Assembly (NCBI GenBank): GCA_964016885.1 | Contig: OZ024740.1 | Location: 91,388,001 to 91,452,000, forward strand | Origin: Eledone cirrhosa | Taxonomy: Eukaryota | Direction: 5' to 3' | DNA length: 64,000 nt | Part shown: in pieces, positions 12,421 to 27,029 of the stretch | How the letters are laid out: each line of letters begins with the position of its first letter | How positions within the stretch are numbered: position 1 is the first letter of the stretch | Translations under genes and position numbers: made by a program | The notes under the pieces: model-generated | What the model was told of the DNA's origin: nothing | What the model saw: the letters and a program-made list of their open reading frames with translations, nothing else | The model's database searches: none

Positions 12421-15400
12421 AAAAAATAACTATTTTCATTTATCCATGGTACTTAATGTAAAACCACAATAATACTTTATATCGATACATTCTTTAATGG
12501 TTTTCTTGGAACATAATTATAAGCAAGTGAATAGCTTACTTGTTTAGCAACACACAATTTGCATATATGTTAACGCTAAAACACCAATGAGTATATGTAA
12601 TACACAATCACAAAATATATTAATGTATAATGCCATATATTCAAGGGCCATGATATGTCAATACCAGTAAGGGTCTACGTTACTGGAATGTTGATTATAT
12701 GGAAAAAAATGAAAGAGAAATGTGATTGTTTTATAATCATGAAATCTACTAAATTTTCCTTCTACGCGCAGTCACATTTTCTTTAAGTTTGTTTATTTCA
12801 TGTTGAGTGATCACAGCTAACGATTAAAACATTTTTTTAGAAAAAGTAGGAAAAGTACTATTAATCTCTAGTCATAAATAGTACAGGATGTACAATAGAA
12901 ACAATAAATTAAGTGGAATTTCATTTTCCGCTGATTAGACATGTTCAAACAATAACAGCTTATTGAAATGAGCCGGAAATTAGTTACTATGTGTACAGAT
13001 GCATATCAGCTGTTTCAATGATCGATTATTTCAAAGAATCCGCAATTTACTTGTGTTTTGTATACCGGAAAAAATGTACAGAAAGAGGTCTCACTACATG
13101 GACAATTGCATAGTCATACATGATATATAGTTCGTTTCAAAATCAATAACATGTGCAAAACCAAGTAAGAGAACGTGTATGAGAGAATAAGTAGAAAAGA
13201 GATGTATATAAGGTTATTGCTTTCTTCATTATAATTTACATGTAAATCTAAAGCTGCATTTTCAATCTAATATGCCACAAATCAATTCACGTGCACCGTG
13301 GTTGCTTGAGGCCATGCAATGAATTAATGAATAAACGTTCCAGTCTCAGATAGTCTGACAAATGACTGTCCCCCGTAGATTTATTAAACAAGTTGCAACA
13401 TTGTAATCAACGTTCACTCGGCACTGATTGCATATCACATTTTCTGCTTTAATTATGTTCTTGTATACAAGGACATTAATTCACGTGATCACAGAAATGG
13501 ATTTAATTCTAGCGCAAATTTTGATTACAATCAATAAAATATGGTTGAAACGCTATATTGAACATTATATATTAAGTGCTTTGAATAGGTGTTGGTAAGT
13601 AATTTTTAAAAACGTGTAGTATATTTCTGAAATAATAAAATCTAGATATATTGTTGACTAGATTACGTGAGTTGTAATAAAAGGAATTTGATATCTGTAA
13701 CATCAGATTCATTTGGTGTTTGGTGAATTAATATTTTGCATTGGTATTTTCTTTGTTTTTGTTTAGAAGTGTTTACGCCTGAGTGTAGCAGGCGCTGATG
13801 ACAACACATTTTCCTTTTTCAATAGAAGTTAAAGAGATAATTTGTTATTTAGTTTGATTGATTAGAGCGGAAGGCGAATATTTTATTTTGAATACGTGTT
13901 GTATATTTAAAAGTGAATAACACTTGTATTGCTGATAGAGTATCAACATTGTACATATTGTACATATACAACACATGTATTTTAGTGTAAACATATGAAC
14001 AGGATTTACTCGTAAACAACTGCACTACAATACTTGATATGTGAAGCGTTCCCAGGCTGCTATATATATATCTCTCCTAAATATACTGTGGTAATCTGTT
14101 TAAATCACACTAGTATTTAACAAACATAATAAGTAAACGGTGATATTGTGGAATGGAATCCTAAATAGGCAGAAGATTAACATTGGCTGTGAAAGTGTAG
14201 AATGCTTTGTATCACCGCATACACATCGCTAAATATATTCTTTCTACTACAAATGTATTTCTACAATTGAACATCAACTGGTATAGACAGCGCGAAATCT
14301 ATAATAACTGTGACATAATAGACAGAAAAAATGAGTTTGACATTAAACAAATATCACCACATTTTTAATCTAAATTTATTGCACTAAGAAACACAATTTT
14401 GAAAATAGTACATTCATATTTTACTTTGATATTAATAAATGAGATTGGATTGGAGGTGTATTTTCTAGAAGACGTATTAGAACATCTTTAATACAATTGT
14501 ATACTTATACTATTCCATTGAACATACTTATTATAGATCATGTGCGGGAAGATAATATATTTTAGTTTATCAAATATGTAGACCATGATTTCAGGTAAGT
14601 CTTTAGTAAATGAATTATGCAATATTATTATAAATATAAAACATAATTAAGTATATGTAGAGACAAACTAAGATTGATTATATTTAAACGGATATTGGGC
14701 TCTAATGTCTGCATAGGAATTCCAGAAACATGTTATTAACCGTGATAGAGAAACATAATCCCACATTCATTCTCAGATTTGCGATGAAACCGTGATGACT
14801 CACTGGAATTGTCTACACAACGTCACTATTTTAAACAATGTCCTATGTTCTACCAAGTTTAAAATCAAAATTGAAAAATGTCCTTTTGTTGTGTAAGTAT
14901 CAAAATCAGGAAGCGACTGCATGAGGATTTCCATACTTAAATTGCAGAATCAGTTGATATGTTCGCTGAATAATACTGTGCAGCAGAAATGAAAATCAGA
15001 ACTGCGTAGACTGAGAATCTTACATTAAATCGGAAGCCTGTGTTGTGCGCTCTGTATGTAAGTTGAGATTCAACAGAAGCAAGTGGAGAAGTTTTAGTGT
15101 CTGTGGGCCTGTTAAAAAATGTTGGAAGACTGGCGGCTGAATAAAATACAATAATTGAAGGGGCTTGTACACAAATGTGCAGTAGTGTACAGTAATGTGC
15201 TAGGCTCAACATTAGCACATCAGAAAAAGGAGGTAAATGCAAATGCTATATACCCTATCATCATCAGGTTTTCTGTCAAACATGGTCAGGTACCTTGATA
15301 AATGACAGAAACATTACGATCACGTATAACGGTGCCATAATGGCGTTCCAGTGGAGGCTATTTGGAGGAACATTACTCGATAGCTTGCATAATTCTGAGC

Positions 15401-18400
15401 CAACTTAATCGCTGCAGCTAATTCCGCTTCTTCTCCAAATTGAGACATAACAGCTCCGATACCATGGATAAGTGGTTGGAATATTTTAAAATAGAATCGT
15501 TGGATATATTTTACTGGCAAACCCAGTCTGCAGGAAACCTAGGGGTAGACCAGATCAAGACTGTTAGATAACATCCATAAATTAAACCGCTCGAACTTGG
15601 GGATCCAGCCTGGACAATTGGAGATGGTTGTTTCTTGTGGGAGCCACTGAAGAGCATGCATGAGGACTCTCACATCACGATACTACCAGGAATAAGTAAA
15701 CAAATAAATTATATTTCAAAATTAGATCAGTTGAGCATTCAATATTCCATGCTTATCCTTAGTCTCAATCGCAAAAAGCATATGGCTGTTCAAAAGCGCA
15801 ACTCTCTATGTATACTACTTTATTCTTTATTCTTATAATAGTAGTCTATTCCCGGTGATGTAGTCCATTTGCTACAATTTCTTGAAACTAAAGCTGTTTC
15901 AGATATAATTGAATTAGTGAATTGAATTGAAAAAGAAACGCATATATATTTTGTTTTCCTTCACATTATTAGGGTATGCTATACATTACGGCATTTCTTT
16001 ATAGATGAGTTTCCTCAGGAAAATTATACCATTGATATACTAATAGCAATATAAATAAAACTAAAGCTTTCTTGAAGCTAAGAAAACATAAATCACCTAT
16101 TTTCATAAAATATTTGCTCACTCATCAAGCTAAGGAAAATACTAAAATTAAGAAACACACAGCTCGTTGAATGTAGGTATTATTTCATATTAAAATTATT
16201 ATCCCTTCGTAGACAATAGATATAGTTCATAACGTATGCACTATTGAATACCCAACCTATTTATGGATCACTAAATAGCACTATTGTGTTGCATAATTGA
16301 AGGCAACAATGACAAGCTATAGTAGATGAAATAGGAAATTATATATATATATATTCAGACTTTAGTGTACTGATTTGTGGAGAAGCAGGAAATTAAATAA
16401 GGGACCGTGGTATTTCGAGAACATATTCAAACGTAGGTATTGGAAGATATATTGTTGATACGTGTGATTCATCGATATTTTCGTGTATGACGTATGAAAA
16501 AAACTATATTTTTGGAAACGAAATAAATATTCGAATGCATCCCGTAGTTAATCTCATTATTACTTCCATTTTCATATTATCCATATGGTCATCAAATATT
16601 AAATATCTCAGCATGAATTTCTATATATTTTTGTCTAACCTCAAATCGTATTCGGAATAATCAATTGCGCACTTTAGCATTATCATCCTAGCAACTACAA
16701 TCACAATACTCCACTGATCGGCATTCAGAGCCGTCTTATTTAGGAAAGCTAATTAGAATTATGCTATTTGATATCATCGGCGGAGCTTAATCATATGATG
16801 GATAAATTAACAAACACACATCAGACCTTTCCATAATTGATATCGTCAGTGTAGTAGGTTGTGTGATTATATGCATTTCGTTAGTGAGTTACTTTATCTT
16901 AGACATATTCAAAGTTAGAAGGTCATTGACAAATAACTACAACTATGAGATCAATACACGTTTGAGGTATATTTTCCTAGGTCTATTTCCTATAATGTGT
17001 ATGTAGATGTTGTGTCAGGCATAGCACCAACTATTCAAGAATTAATAAATTGTAACTATATATCTGAGATGTGTTCCTGTTGTCCGTCTTATGATAACTC
17101 CAGCGGGTCTATCGAATGATGTATATTTCTGTGTTTGATGTGGTATCTACTTGGAAAAATATCCACTAAAATTTATTTCATTCTATGTATGGCATAATGC
17201 ACGATAATATATGTGCTACTGGTATTCTATTTTTAGTGCTATTATGTTATGATAAATTCACAGGAAGCAAAATAAGACACATTATTATTTTCGCTTCTGC
17301 ATTAATATTTATTAATGATTTTTCGAGATTTAATAACATGTTATCTGAAAACATAGTTCCACGTATGTCATTGAATCACTGTTTTATAATTATGTACACT
17401 ACGATCATGATATTTTACATGTTAAAATAAGAACCATATTGTTGAATATATTCCTTTATTACTATTATAAATATGATGGGTTTAGTAGATAAATGTAGTT
17501 TATAAGAACAAAAACGATATGTTACATGTTTCAAAATATAATTGGTTAATATATGAAGCATGATCATTTAATCAATATATCTTCCGATCAAGGTATACTG
17601 GATATAACACATCAACATTTATTCTAGTTATAAATACATATAACAGCGGCTCTAAAGATTACATTTTATATTTCAAATTATCTAGCTGCTAATTTTCTGT
17701 TTAATAAAATTGACATTTGCAAAACAAGAAGTAATTAAGAAATTAATCTAATAAAAACCAAATGTAAAATAAACAAAAAAAATGTGGCATTAAAATTTGT
17801 AGATACAGCGTTTACAAACGAATCATTAACGATTTATTATTAATATACTTTCACCTATATATAGACAGATTGATAGATATATAATTCTAAATTTTGAGAG
17901 GCAGAGAAAGGGTTAGATAATTGAATCAATACAAGCGTATGTGTTAATTGTCTGTGAATGTGTGTGAGTTGTTGTTTTTCAAATTTATTTAGTGTAAACA
18001 CCTATGTATAGGAAACACCTAATATATAGGAAAATAAAATAAACACACCGTATATACTGTGTAGTTCGAAAATTACTTATTAATAGAATACATTTTATAA
18101 GATATGAATAAGGTGAATATATCTAAATAATGCAAATTATACAACGAATGAATATATAGGTACTTAAATTCATAAATACAACAATGAAGGAATAATAACT
18201 CATTTTGGAATGGTTATCTTCCTTCCTGCTTTTAAAATAGTGCCAAGTCGCTGACGTGTAAAGATTTGAATTGCTGTGTCAATCTGTTGATAGATACTGA
18301 TGGGTATGGATTTCATACATCATTGTAACCGAGAAAATAGATGAACAAGCAGGACAGAAGAAATGTTCAACTGTTCATTTATATTTAATCACGGAATGCA

Positions 18401-21242
18401 GCGAAACCCTGTAACACATTGAAATCCATATAAACTTCGATTTTATAAATAATATATTTTAATTAAAATCATTATTTTAATACACGATTAAAAGAAATGA
18501 AAATATTTTCATACAATGTAAATATAAGTACAATAATAAATTATCAGTACCATTTTTACTAGAATCATATTTGAAGAGAGGGAGATTGAATGTGGCAATG
18601 TAGAGAGGTGAAAGACCTAGAAAGAAAACATGCCAGTGTATTTGACCCGTTTACTGATACCCGGAAAACAATTTACCATGAAATATATGATATTTATATT
18701 TGTATATAGTTTGGTATGTATGTGGACGTATGTCTGTGCGCATCCACATGTATGCATATATGCATGAGTCTGTGTATTTTTAAACGCGACAGTATAAACG
18801 ATGAATTGTTGAAAACCTTAAGGAGGGACAAGTTGAGTACAGCTTAGTACATAAGGGTGACAATCAAAGTTAACGGTTAAGTTTTCTAAAATGAGTATAT
18901 ACCCATTGGAAACTGCTGAACTAAACTGTCCCCACTCCATTCCAATATCCCCAGTTTTTTTCAGAGAGTTGTCTGTATGTGGATTCAATAGTTTCAGTAT
19001 ATATTGTACTGACGTACTTGATGCACACAGGTAATATGTTATTATCCAGATCTCTCACCTTTCTCTTCATCACACACCTCTGATCACACTATTTAATCAA
19101 ACAAAATGAAAGGAATTAAAGCTGTCTGTTTCTCCAGCATTAAAACCATTATCTTCCATATATTCATATATTATGCAATCGCAGAATCAACATTACCCAC
19201 TTGAATACCCTCTAACACAGTCGACAGCCACACACCTAAGTGACGTTTAATCTCACCGACTCAGTTCTAAAACCTCAGCTATATAAATCGTTCCAGTCTT
19301 CATTTCTAAACAGAGTACAACACTACATACATAGGTGCTTCAGTTGTACAACCCTCTAATCCTTTCTTCGTCAGAAATATCATGTCCGTAAGCCTAAACC
19401 CACTTAATATCGACTTTAATATGTACTGCTGCCAGTAATCAAATCGGGTGTTTGGCTATTTCCAGAATAGAATATGATCTCAAAAATAAACATCACTACA
19501 CTAACGTTGAAATATTTCATTCAAAATGTACAACGTATCCCTTGCATTTCCCCAGATCGGACTATATGTTTTTCAGAAGCATCTGAAATTATTTAGTCCA
19601 ATGAAACGTCCAACTCCAACTTTAAGGTAACTTCGTCATCATATGCGTTGGCTCGAGTGGTGATAAAGTTTAGATCTCTAGATGTCTGGGTCTCTCTCGC
19701 ATCAAATCAAAAACATTTCTCATGGTAAATCCCCTTCCAATCTCAAATTAATAACCACTGATGTTTTCTGGTGTGTTTACGTATCTATAGATACAATTCT
19801 CTGAATCAACTTTGCCTGAAGAGAAATAATCGATTGACATCTGAATCTGGAAATTTTACGAAATTATCCAAATATAGATCACGATGCTCTCAATTATATA
19901 TATATATATATGCACAAATATTTACATATTGTTTTAGGAAATATGACTCCTTATGTTACTTTTCTATAATATTCCATAATCTATGATATTTTTTGAGGAG
20001 TGCTATATATAACGGAAATTATATTATCATTATAAAATAACACTCAGAAATATTTCTAATGTTGGTTAACAAATAAGATGGAATATTTGCAGTAGTTCAT
20101 TTGTATAAAGGTGTTTGTGTGTTGCCTTGTGAGTGTATTATGGGGGTGGTTGCCTCGCTTTTAGCAAAGAAATGAAAATGAAATTAATGTTGCAAATATC
20201 GCAAAGGTCTTTGTTATCATTATGTGAACTGAGTAATTATCAAATATTGTTTGTTGTGTAATTGTTCATTTTAACAACAGATGAGTTACCATTAATGTGT
20301 CATAGCTATAGAAAACAAGTAGAATTTAGACTGTTGGAGATTTTCATTTGTAATTCACCATGAATTGGAAATAATTGAAACGGTTTTGAATGAAATCAAA
20401 CATCATTCCTTTCCTAACACACACGACAGCAGAAAATATGATACTGCTATTCTTTACACAGTATAATTTGAGATATTACATGAAAAGTGAAGTTGTGTGA
20501 ATCAGAGCAAGATAATCACTAAAATGCCGAAATAATTATTGTTGCACGTAAATAAATATACATATATACAGTCTCATTTACGTTTTAATATAGTCCCAGC
20601 TCGAACGTTTTTTGACTGAAATTGATTATATGTAAGCTGTGTGATATTTAATCGGTTGAACCCTACCTGTAATTGAAATGTCTTTCATGTTCACATTGAT
20701 AAGGTAATTCAGTTAATCGCAGCAAGTGACACGGCTGTATGAACTAAAATGATGACGTAACACTGATATCTTTGTGTGAGTCACGTCTTCATTTTATGTG
20801 GCTAAGTTTTAATTTTTCATAACATTATGGCTTAAGAATTGCACACTTGATTCCAAAGTTACCTCATCTATTAAGAAGCGTAAATACACTTCACGTAGGA
20901 CATTTCACAAAAGACAATTGTTAATCTAATTGATACTTAATTTAATGAGTATCAAAAGTTTGAAGTAATTGTTTGTGCCAGAAAATCCATTTAGTATATA
21001 TTTGATTACGATTATTATCATGTTAGAGAATGCCAATCATTCACTTTGCCTTTTCTAAGGATTAAGGATTGCTGTGCAAAACACTCTTCAAACAGTGATG
21101 CTCTAGGTAGAAATCATCAGTTAAGTATTATTTTTGTATTAGATCGTATATCACGTCATAATCCATTTTTTCTACCATACACATCCAAGTTCTTTCTTTG
21201 AAGTTGGTACTCTCTCAACAACTTTGAAAGCCATTCACCAGG

Positions 21243-23056
21243 AATAAGATAGGGGAACAAAATTATATTGCATTGCTACTTATATTGTTACACCTAATCT
21301 GGGTGCGCTGAATTCAAATCTGGAGTCAGAATTCGTTAAGATACATAATTTCATAATTCATTTTTTTCATTATTAACCAAGACTCGACACATTTTCCATA
21401 ACTCCTTGTTCTATCTAATTAGTATTTGTTCATATTACCGTAAATGTGTGCTTGAAATAACCAATTAGTCAAATACGTTATCTATTTGCAACAAACTTTT
21501 AATTTATCACTATACCTACTGCAGACATTTTCTTATCCTGGCAAGAACCTCTCATTGCCGTGTTCAACTCGTTTGATACTTCGGCAGTTGTCCGTCTTAA
21601 TATGTTTGTTCCAGCGCTCTAGAAAAGGCTCTTCTATAGTCATGATGACTTAATGGAAGTGCACTCCATGTTTATCATTTACAGCTCCAGTTTTAAGTGG
21701 AGATCGGGAAAGTGACCATTCAGGAAATGGAACTTAACACTCATGGTACATCCAAGTACGTGAAAGGTCAAAAACAATTTACCAACAAAAGCTTCATAGT
21801 TATCTGTTGATTTTTTTCTTTTACCAAGAAGCTTTTCATAATCACCTCGAACAATACCCACTCTATATTTACCTTGTCATTCATTATCCAGAAAAATTCC
21901 CCATCATGAACTATAGCACAAATTGGAGGTCCATCAGATACACTTGTTTTGATATTCAGGAAATACAAAGCAGAAAAATTAGAAATGACACTAGGTGCCG
22001 AAAACGTTCGCCGTCAAGACACAGCGCCTTAACAAACGGCATCAACAGGTCACGTCTGTGATGTAGTGGGGGTGCAATGATCTTATCCCGGCTGATCAAT
22101 TCATTCACAATGTTCGACATGCATACTTTCAGAATTTCATGGATCGGCCATTCTTTCTTTGTTCAATTTTCCTCTCGAATTCTTATGTCCCAGAGTCTGA
22201 GGTAGTATTGCACATTCATGAAAACTTCCTGTTGCCCAAACATAGAGGACGATGACCATTTTAGGTTCACCCAAATTAATTATTTCCATTCGTGATAATT
22301 TAGTGCCAATGACCATTTGGCGTCTTGAGATTCTCACACATTTAGCAGTGACCAACTGTGACTGCACCTAAATCATTTCTATGGTGCAGGACAACACACT
22401 TGTTGTTCAGTTAGCACTATCCGAAAACATTCTATAGGGTAACATTGGGTAATTACTAACGGTGTGATATGTATTGGAATATCGTAGCAATAAACATGTT
22501 TTTCTTTTCAACAGATGTTTGTTAACTAGGCGAAATGGCAGTATGTTATCTGGTAAGTTGGATCTCACCAAACCAAAGGTTTTCCGAAATGTAGACATTT
22601 TTGCATTCCTTTATTATTTCTTTAGTCATGAACTCTTTCCACACAATTATGCCAGAACGTTTGTACAGACTACTTCTCATACTGGTCACTAAAGTGAACG
22701 TTGTAATACGCATTATAGACATATGTCACACTCTTTGTTATATTACGTCTTTGATGACCAGGTATAAATCAGACACATATGCAAAAAAACAAGTATTGGG
22801 ATCATTTCTAAAATTAAGTGTATTTGACTAAGATATCATTATATTTGAAACAAAAAAGAAAAAAAAGCCATATATGAATTTTCTACAAATATACCAATTT
22901 CGAAATAAAAAAATTAAATTTCAAATTGCATAAAAATTAGATCATGCAGTCCAATACCGATTTGAAATTAGAAATCAGCGATGAAACACTAATTAGAATC
23001 AGTTAAAAGATACGATGCAACTTCAAATGAAAAAAAAAAATGGTCATCTCTGTAAT
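21243..23056 (-). mobile_element. Decayed DNA transposon with Sola-like transposase remnants
   Basis: Frameshifted motifs KIIAPPLH..LMPFVKAL, DGPPI, LGCTMSVKFHFLNGH, resembling the PPLHIKLGLMKQFVKAL / GPQI / LGCNMSIKxHFLHSH transposase family; weak terminal inverted similarity. Superfamily assignment is from memory. Confidence 0.6.
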
Positions 23057-23529
23057 AGACAGGCGCGAGTATTTAACCTTGTGACATATGCATTATTTCT
23101 CAGGGTTATGAATGTTAAAAATATTCACGGAGAGTTATCGTATATAAAATACATCTAAATAATCGACAAGATCTAGGTGATTCTAAAACGCCTTTTTATG
23201 TGGGCATAAACATTTGACACTGAAATAACAGAAAAAACGAAGGTAACTCGTAGTAGATCTACGCACACAAAGATTGCAAGCCCGACTCCTCTCAAATCAA
23301 ACATGTAAAGAAACGAAATATCACCATATGCAATGCAATGCATGTTCTTGTTTGTATATACGTTGACTGAAATGTCATCAATTGAAAGATAAATTTCATA
23401 ATGCACTCCACCGAAATATATATATATGTATATACATACACACACACACATACACAAACACACACGTATAATATAATACATATATATTCACACACAGACA
23501 CGTATACCCCCCCCCCATATATATATACA

Positions 23530-23569
<40 letters not shown>

Positions 23570-23592
23570 TTATATAGTAGTAATAAACGAAA

Positions 23593-23849
23593 AATATAAC
23601 AATATAGCATCACTATTTATTTCATTATATATATTTCTGAGATGCCAAATTATAGCATGTCTTCTTCAGCCAAAATACAATATTAGATATCATCAAATAT
23701 ATGACATACTCACAAGAGAGTGACCCTATCAAATTAATTCCAAATGGGTATGTCATACCTACACATACCCATTTGGAATTAATCTGATAGGGCCACTCTT
23801 GTGAGTATGTTATAATGAAATAAATAGTGATGCTATAGTGTTATATATT
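23593..23849. repeat. Nested inverted repeats (outer ~37 bp, inner ~50-bp hairpin)
   Basis: 23593-23629 vs 23811-23849; 23701-23752 vs 23763-23814. Confidence 0.9.
23623..23675 (-). ncRNA. Hammerhead-like motif
   Basis: Minus: CTGAAGA-AGACATGC(tataatttg)GCATCTCA-GAAA-TATA-TA then AATAAA; stem I weak. Confidence 0.55.
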
Positions 23850-24045
23850 ACGATCATTACTATTATTATCATCATAATCCATAACAAATTTACTGTTGAA
23901 TGCTTCGTATCTGATATGCACACTACTCTGTTGATTACATATCAAAAAAGTTTTTAACTCATAGTTTATATATGTATATATGTGCGTGTAGCTCAGGGAA
24001 CCACAAACTAAGGTACAACATGTCTTATTAGTTTCAGTCTTTATT

Positions 24046-24085
24046 TGGAAAATGCGTTTTCGGACTTTACCCTTCTTCAGGAGAA
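24046..24085 (-). ncRNA. Weak hammerhead-like motif at the end of a probable PLE 3' fragment (~23990-24840)
   Basis: Minus: CTGAAGA-AGGG(taaag)TCC-GAAA..AATAAA; stems I/III poorly formed. Confidence 0.4.
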
Positions 24086-24888
24086 CAAAGGTCGATACAA
24101 GATTACAATGGAAAGATATAGAAAATAAAGGGTAGACCAAGTATATTAAAAAGACACACAAAAAGAGTAAACAAAACAAACCATTAGACAGTCTTCGTAA
24201 CGATTTTGGCACACAAATTGTAGTGTACGTGTATTAGTGTAGATATTAAGTGTGAATGTAAGTGCATGTTTAAACGTCTCTGCCTTTTAAAATATAGTGT
24301 GTGAAGTTTAAAAGTCAGAGCGTGTTATGCGTATATCAGTGTGGAATGTGGTAGTGGTCGTGTATGCATTACTGAGCGTAATATTGAACATGTGCACAGT
24401 ATATGTGAATTGAAGTTATTTTGTGCATGTGTAACCCAACAGGCAGTGTTAGCGGGCATGTCAGTGATATGTGTGCAGTTTTATATGCGTGTTTGTGACT
24501 AAATTTTAAATTGTGTTTGTATGTTGAAGTTTAAATTGCGTACGTATGAATTATGTATGATTTGTATGTAAGTGTGTATGTATTAAAGAGTTTGTGACAT
24601 AGAAGTAGGTTTAGTGAGCCTTAGAGGGTATTTGATAGATCTGACTAAAGGAAGTTGGGTGGAGCATTAATATTAGAGGGACGAAAGCTTTGTAAGGGAA
24701 AATGTAAGTTCCTGTAGTGTATGTCAGTGCAAGAGAGAGGGCCCGGCACAATGTGCGAGCCCGAACAAACTGGGATGGTAGGTGGATCGAAAATGTCAAG
24801 AGATCGAAGTCGGGCTGCCGAGCCGGATGCATATGCATACATATATATATATATATATATGTATGGGGTGGGCGTGTACATATATATA

Positions 24889-24936
<48 letters not shown>

Positions 24937-24978
24937 AAATAGACAAAAAAGCCTTCAATACATCACAAATCTTTATTA

Positions 24979-25019
24979 GCCTACAATGTTTCGTCCCATT
25001 AATAAGGACTCATCAGGGC
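24979..25019 (-). ncRNA. Canonical minimal type-I hammerhead ribozyme, no adjacent ORF
   Basis: Minus: GCC-CTGATGA-GTCC(ttattaatg)GGAC-GAAAC-ATT-GTA-GGC then AATAAA. Confidence 0.9.
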
Positions 25020-26275
25020 AATTAAACAGATAAGAAGCATTAACGGCCAGAACAAACTAACACTCATAAGAATAGGGAATTCATATCTAGGAAAGCTTAT
25101 GAGAGATATGAAGGAAAAGCATGCTAAATCTAAACGTTTGCAGTTACAAAAATAGATTATATAACAAGGAAGTTATTATAGACCTAAAAGTTCCGGTAGT
25201 TTAAACCGTATCCATTAGCTGCTATATTTCCATATATCTTTGGTTTTAGTTCATTGTTATTACCATTATTATTAAGTTTCCACTGTTGTTTCGATTTTCG
25301 AATTTTCGTTTTCATAGTCGTATTAGCTGCCTTACGATATCTAGCATCTTAAACATTATTACATTTTTACTCAATATTATCGCCTAGTAAGTTTGTATCT
25401 TATTGAATAGTTTAATTTTGCGTCTCCTACATCCTAAACAAATGACCCTCCTCCTTTACACACTTCATATTCGCCCCTTTTTATGATATTATATATTAAT
25501 TCTACTTTTGTACTCGTTTTTATTATATTATATTATAGTTTTTATTGAAATATCCTAATTTTGTACGACTTTGATGAATTAAACTTTATTCCATTTGGAC
25601 TTAGTAATAATATCCTTTAGGCAATGTTAATGTTAATTAATTTAATCAGGTTTTCTATTCAACTCTTTAGTTTGGAATAATAATACCTTCTATGTTTACA
25701 TAATGAATCGTTATACCTACGTACTTTGCTTGATCTTGTTTTTTGTTTTTTGTTTTTGTTCCTCGTTTTATTTTATTTATTTGTTTACTACCACGTGATG
25801 TATGTCTTCCTATCATCATCATCATTACATCTTCACTACCACTTGCTGCTTTGTCTTCCTATAATACGCTTTGCATAATATCTTGCCTCCCTATATTAAT
25901 ATAATATATTATTCGCGTAAATATCTCTTAAACATTTTCAATTGACTCTGCCAGTCTGCTTTTATATTTTCATATTATTATATCATTTATCATTATAATA
26001 TTCATATTTATATACCATATTATTTCTATGTAATGGAATTATACGTATTATTTTATGTCTGATTTTTAAGGTACTGTTTTGTTATATTTTATAATATTTT
26101 ATAATATTTTATAAATGTAATCTGTATACTTATTATCAATACTTTATGTACTTATGTATTTTAAGTATATATATATATATATACTTCAACATACTCCATT
26201 CTTATTAAGATATTTGTTCTTGACCTTGTAAAACTTTATATACAACTTGTTGACATTAAGTGATATGTATGACGT

Positions 26276-26456
26276 GGTGAATTGGCAGTATCGGTAGAGG
26301 TTCGGACGCCATGCTTTCTAGCATAGTTACGTCCCTTTACGATCTGAGTTCAAATCCCGCCGAGGTTAACTTTGCCTTTCATCCTTACGGGGTCGATAAA
26401 TTAAAGTACCAGTAATGCACTGGGTAATTGCTGGCCTTGTGCCTAACGTAGAAACA
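26276..26456 (+). mobile_element. tRNA-derived SINE (cephalopod type), subtype 1
   Basis: A-box-like TGGCAGTATCGG, B-box GAGTTCAAATCC, central GCCTTTCATCCTT.CGGGGTCGATAAA..AAGTACCAG domain; 21-bp TSD ATTAAGTGATWTGTATGACGT. Confidence 0.9.
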
Positions 26457-26544
26457 ATTAAGTGATTTGTATGACGTAGTTTTGTATATTTTTGATGTCT
26501 GTATATTATTTTATTATATTATTATATTATATTATTTCTTGTAT

Positions 26545-26720
26545 TGGCAGTATTGGTAGTGGGTCGGACGCCATGCTTTGACGTATAGAGTTACGGCCCT
26601 TGCCATTCTGAGTTCAAATCCCCCCGAGGTTAACTTTGCCTTTCATCCTTCCGGGGTCGATAAAATAAAGTACCAGTAATGCGCTGGGTAATTGCTGGCC
26701 TTGTGCCAAAAGTAGAAACA
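26545..26720 (+). mobile_element. tRNA-derived SINE, subtype 2
   Basis: Same body; 14-bp TSD ATTATTTCTTGTAT. Confidence 0.9.
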
Positions 26721-26865
26721 ATTATTTCTTGTATAGCTTATTTTTTGTATAGTTTATTTTCTGTTAGTTTATGCGCACTGTCAGGGAGTTTTTATTTTTA
26801 TTTTTATTTTATATTATAAAGAGTATATATTTATACGTATTAAGTGTTAGTATGTGTTTGTGTAA

Positions 26866-26912
<47 letters not shown>

Positions 26913-27029
26913 GCTTTATTTCCCATTATATTGTATTGTAATTCTCATATTATATTACCATGTTGTATTTAATGTATTTGTACCACACTGTAATTTCAAC
27001 GTGGGTTTGACACTTCCTTGCGATATAAT

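Noticed and set aside
14539-14600. Small exon-like segment ending CAG/GTAAGT
   Set aside because: Stops in all frames and no linked exons
15320-15520. 66-aa minus-strand ORF with natural-looking composition
   Set aside because: No recognisable domain; too short to call without a search
18930-19760. Possible very old retroelement remnant (minus strand)
   Set aside because: Only fragmentary motif resemblance; not classifiable by eye
26276-26370. tRNA gene
   Set aside because: A/B boxes belong to a SINE head; no cloverleaf, and TSDs are present
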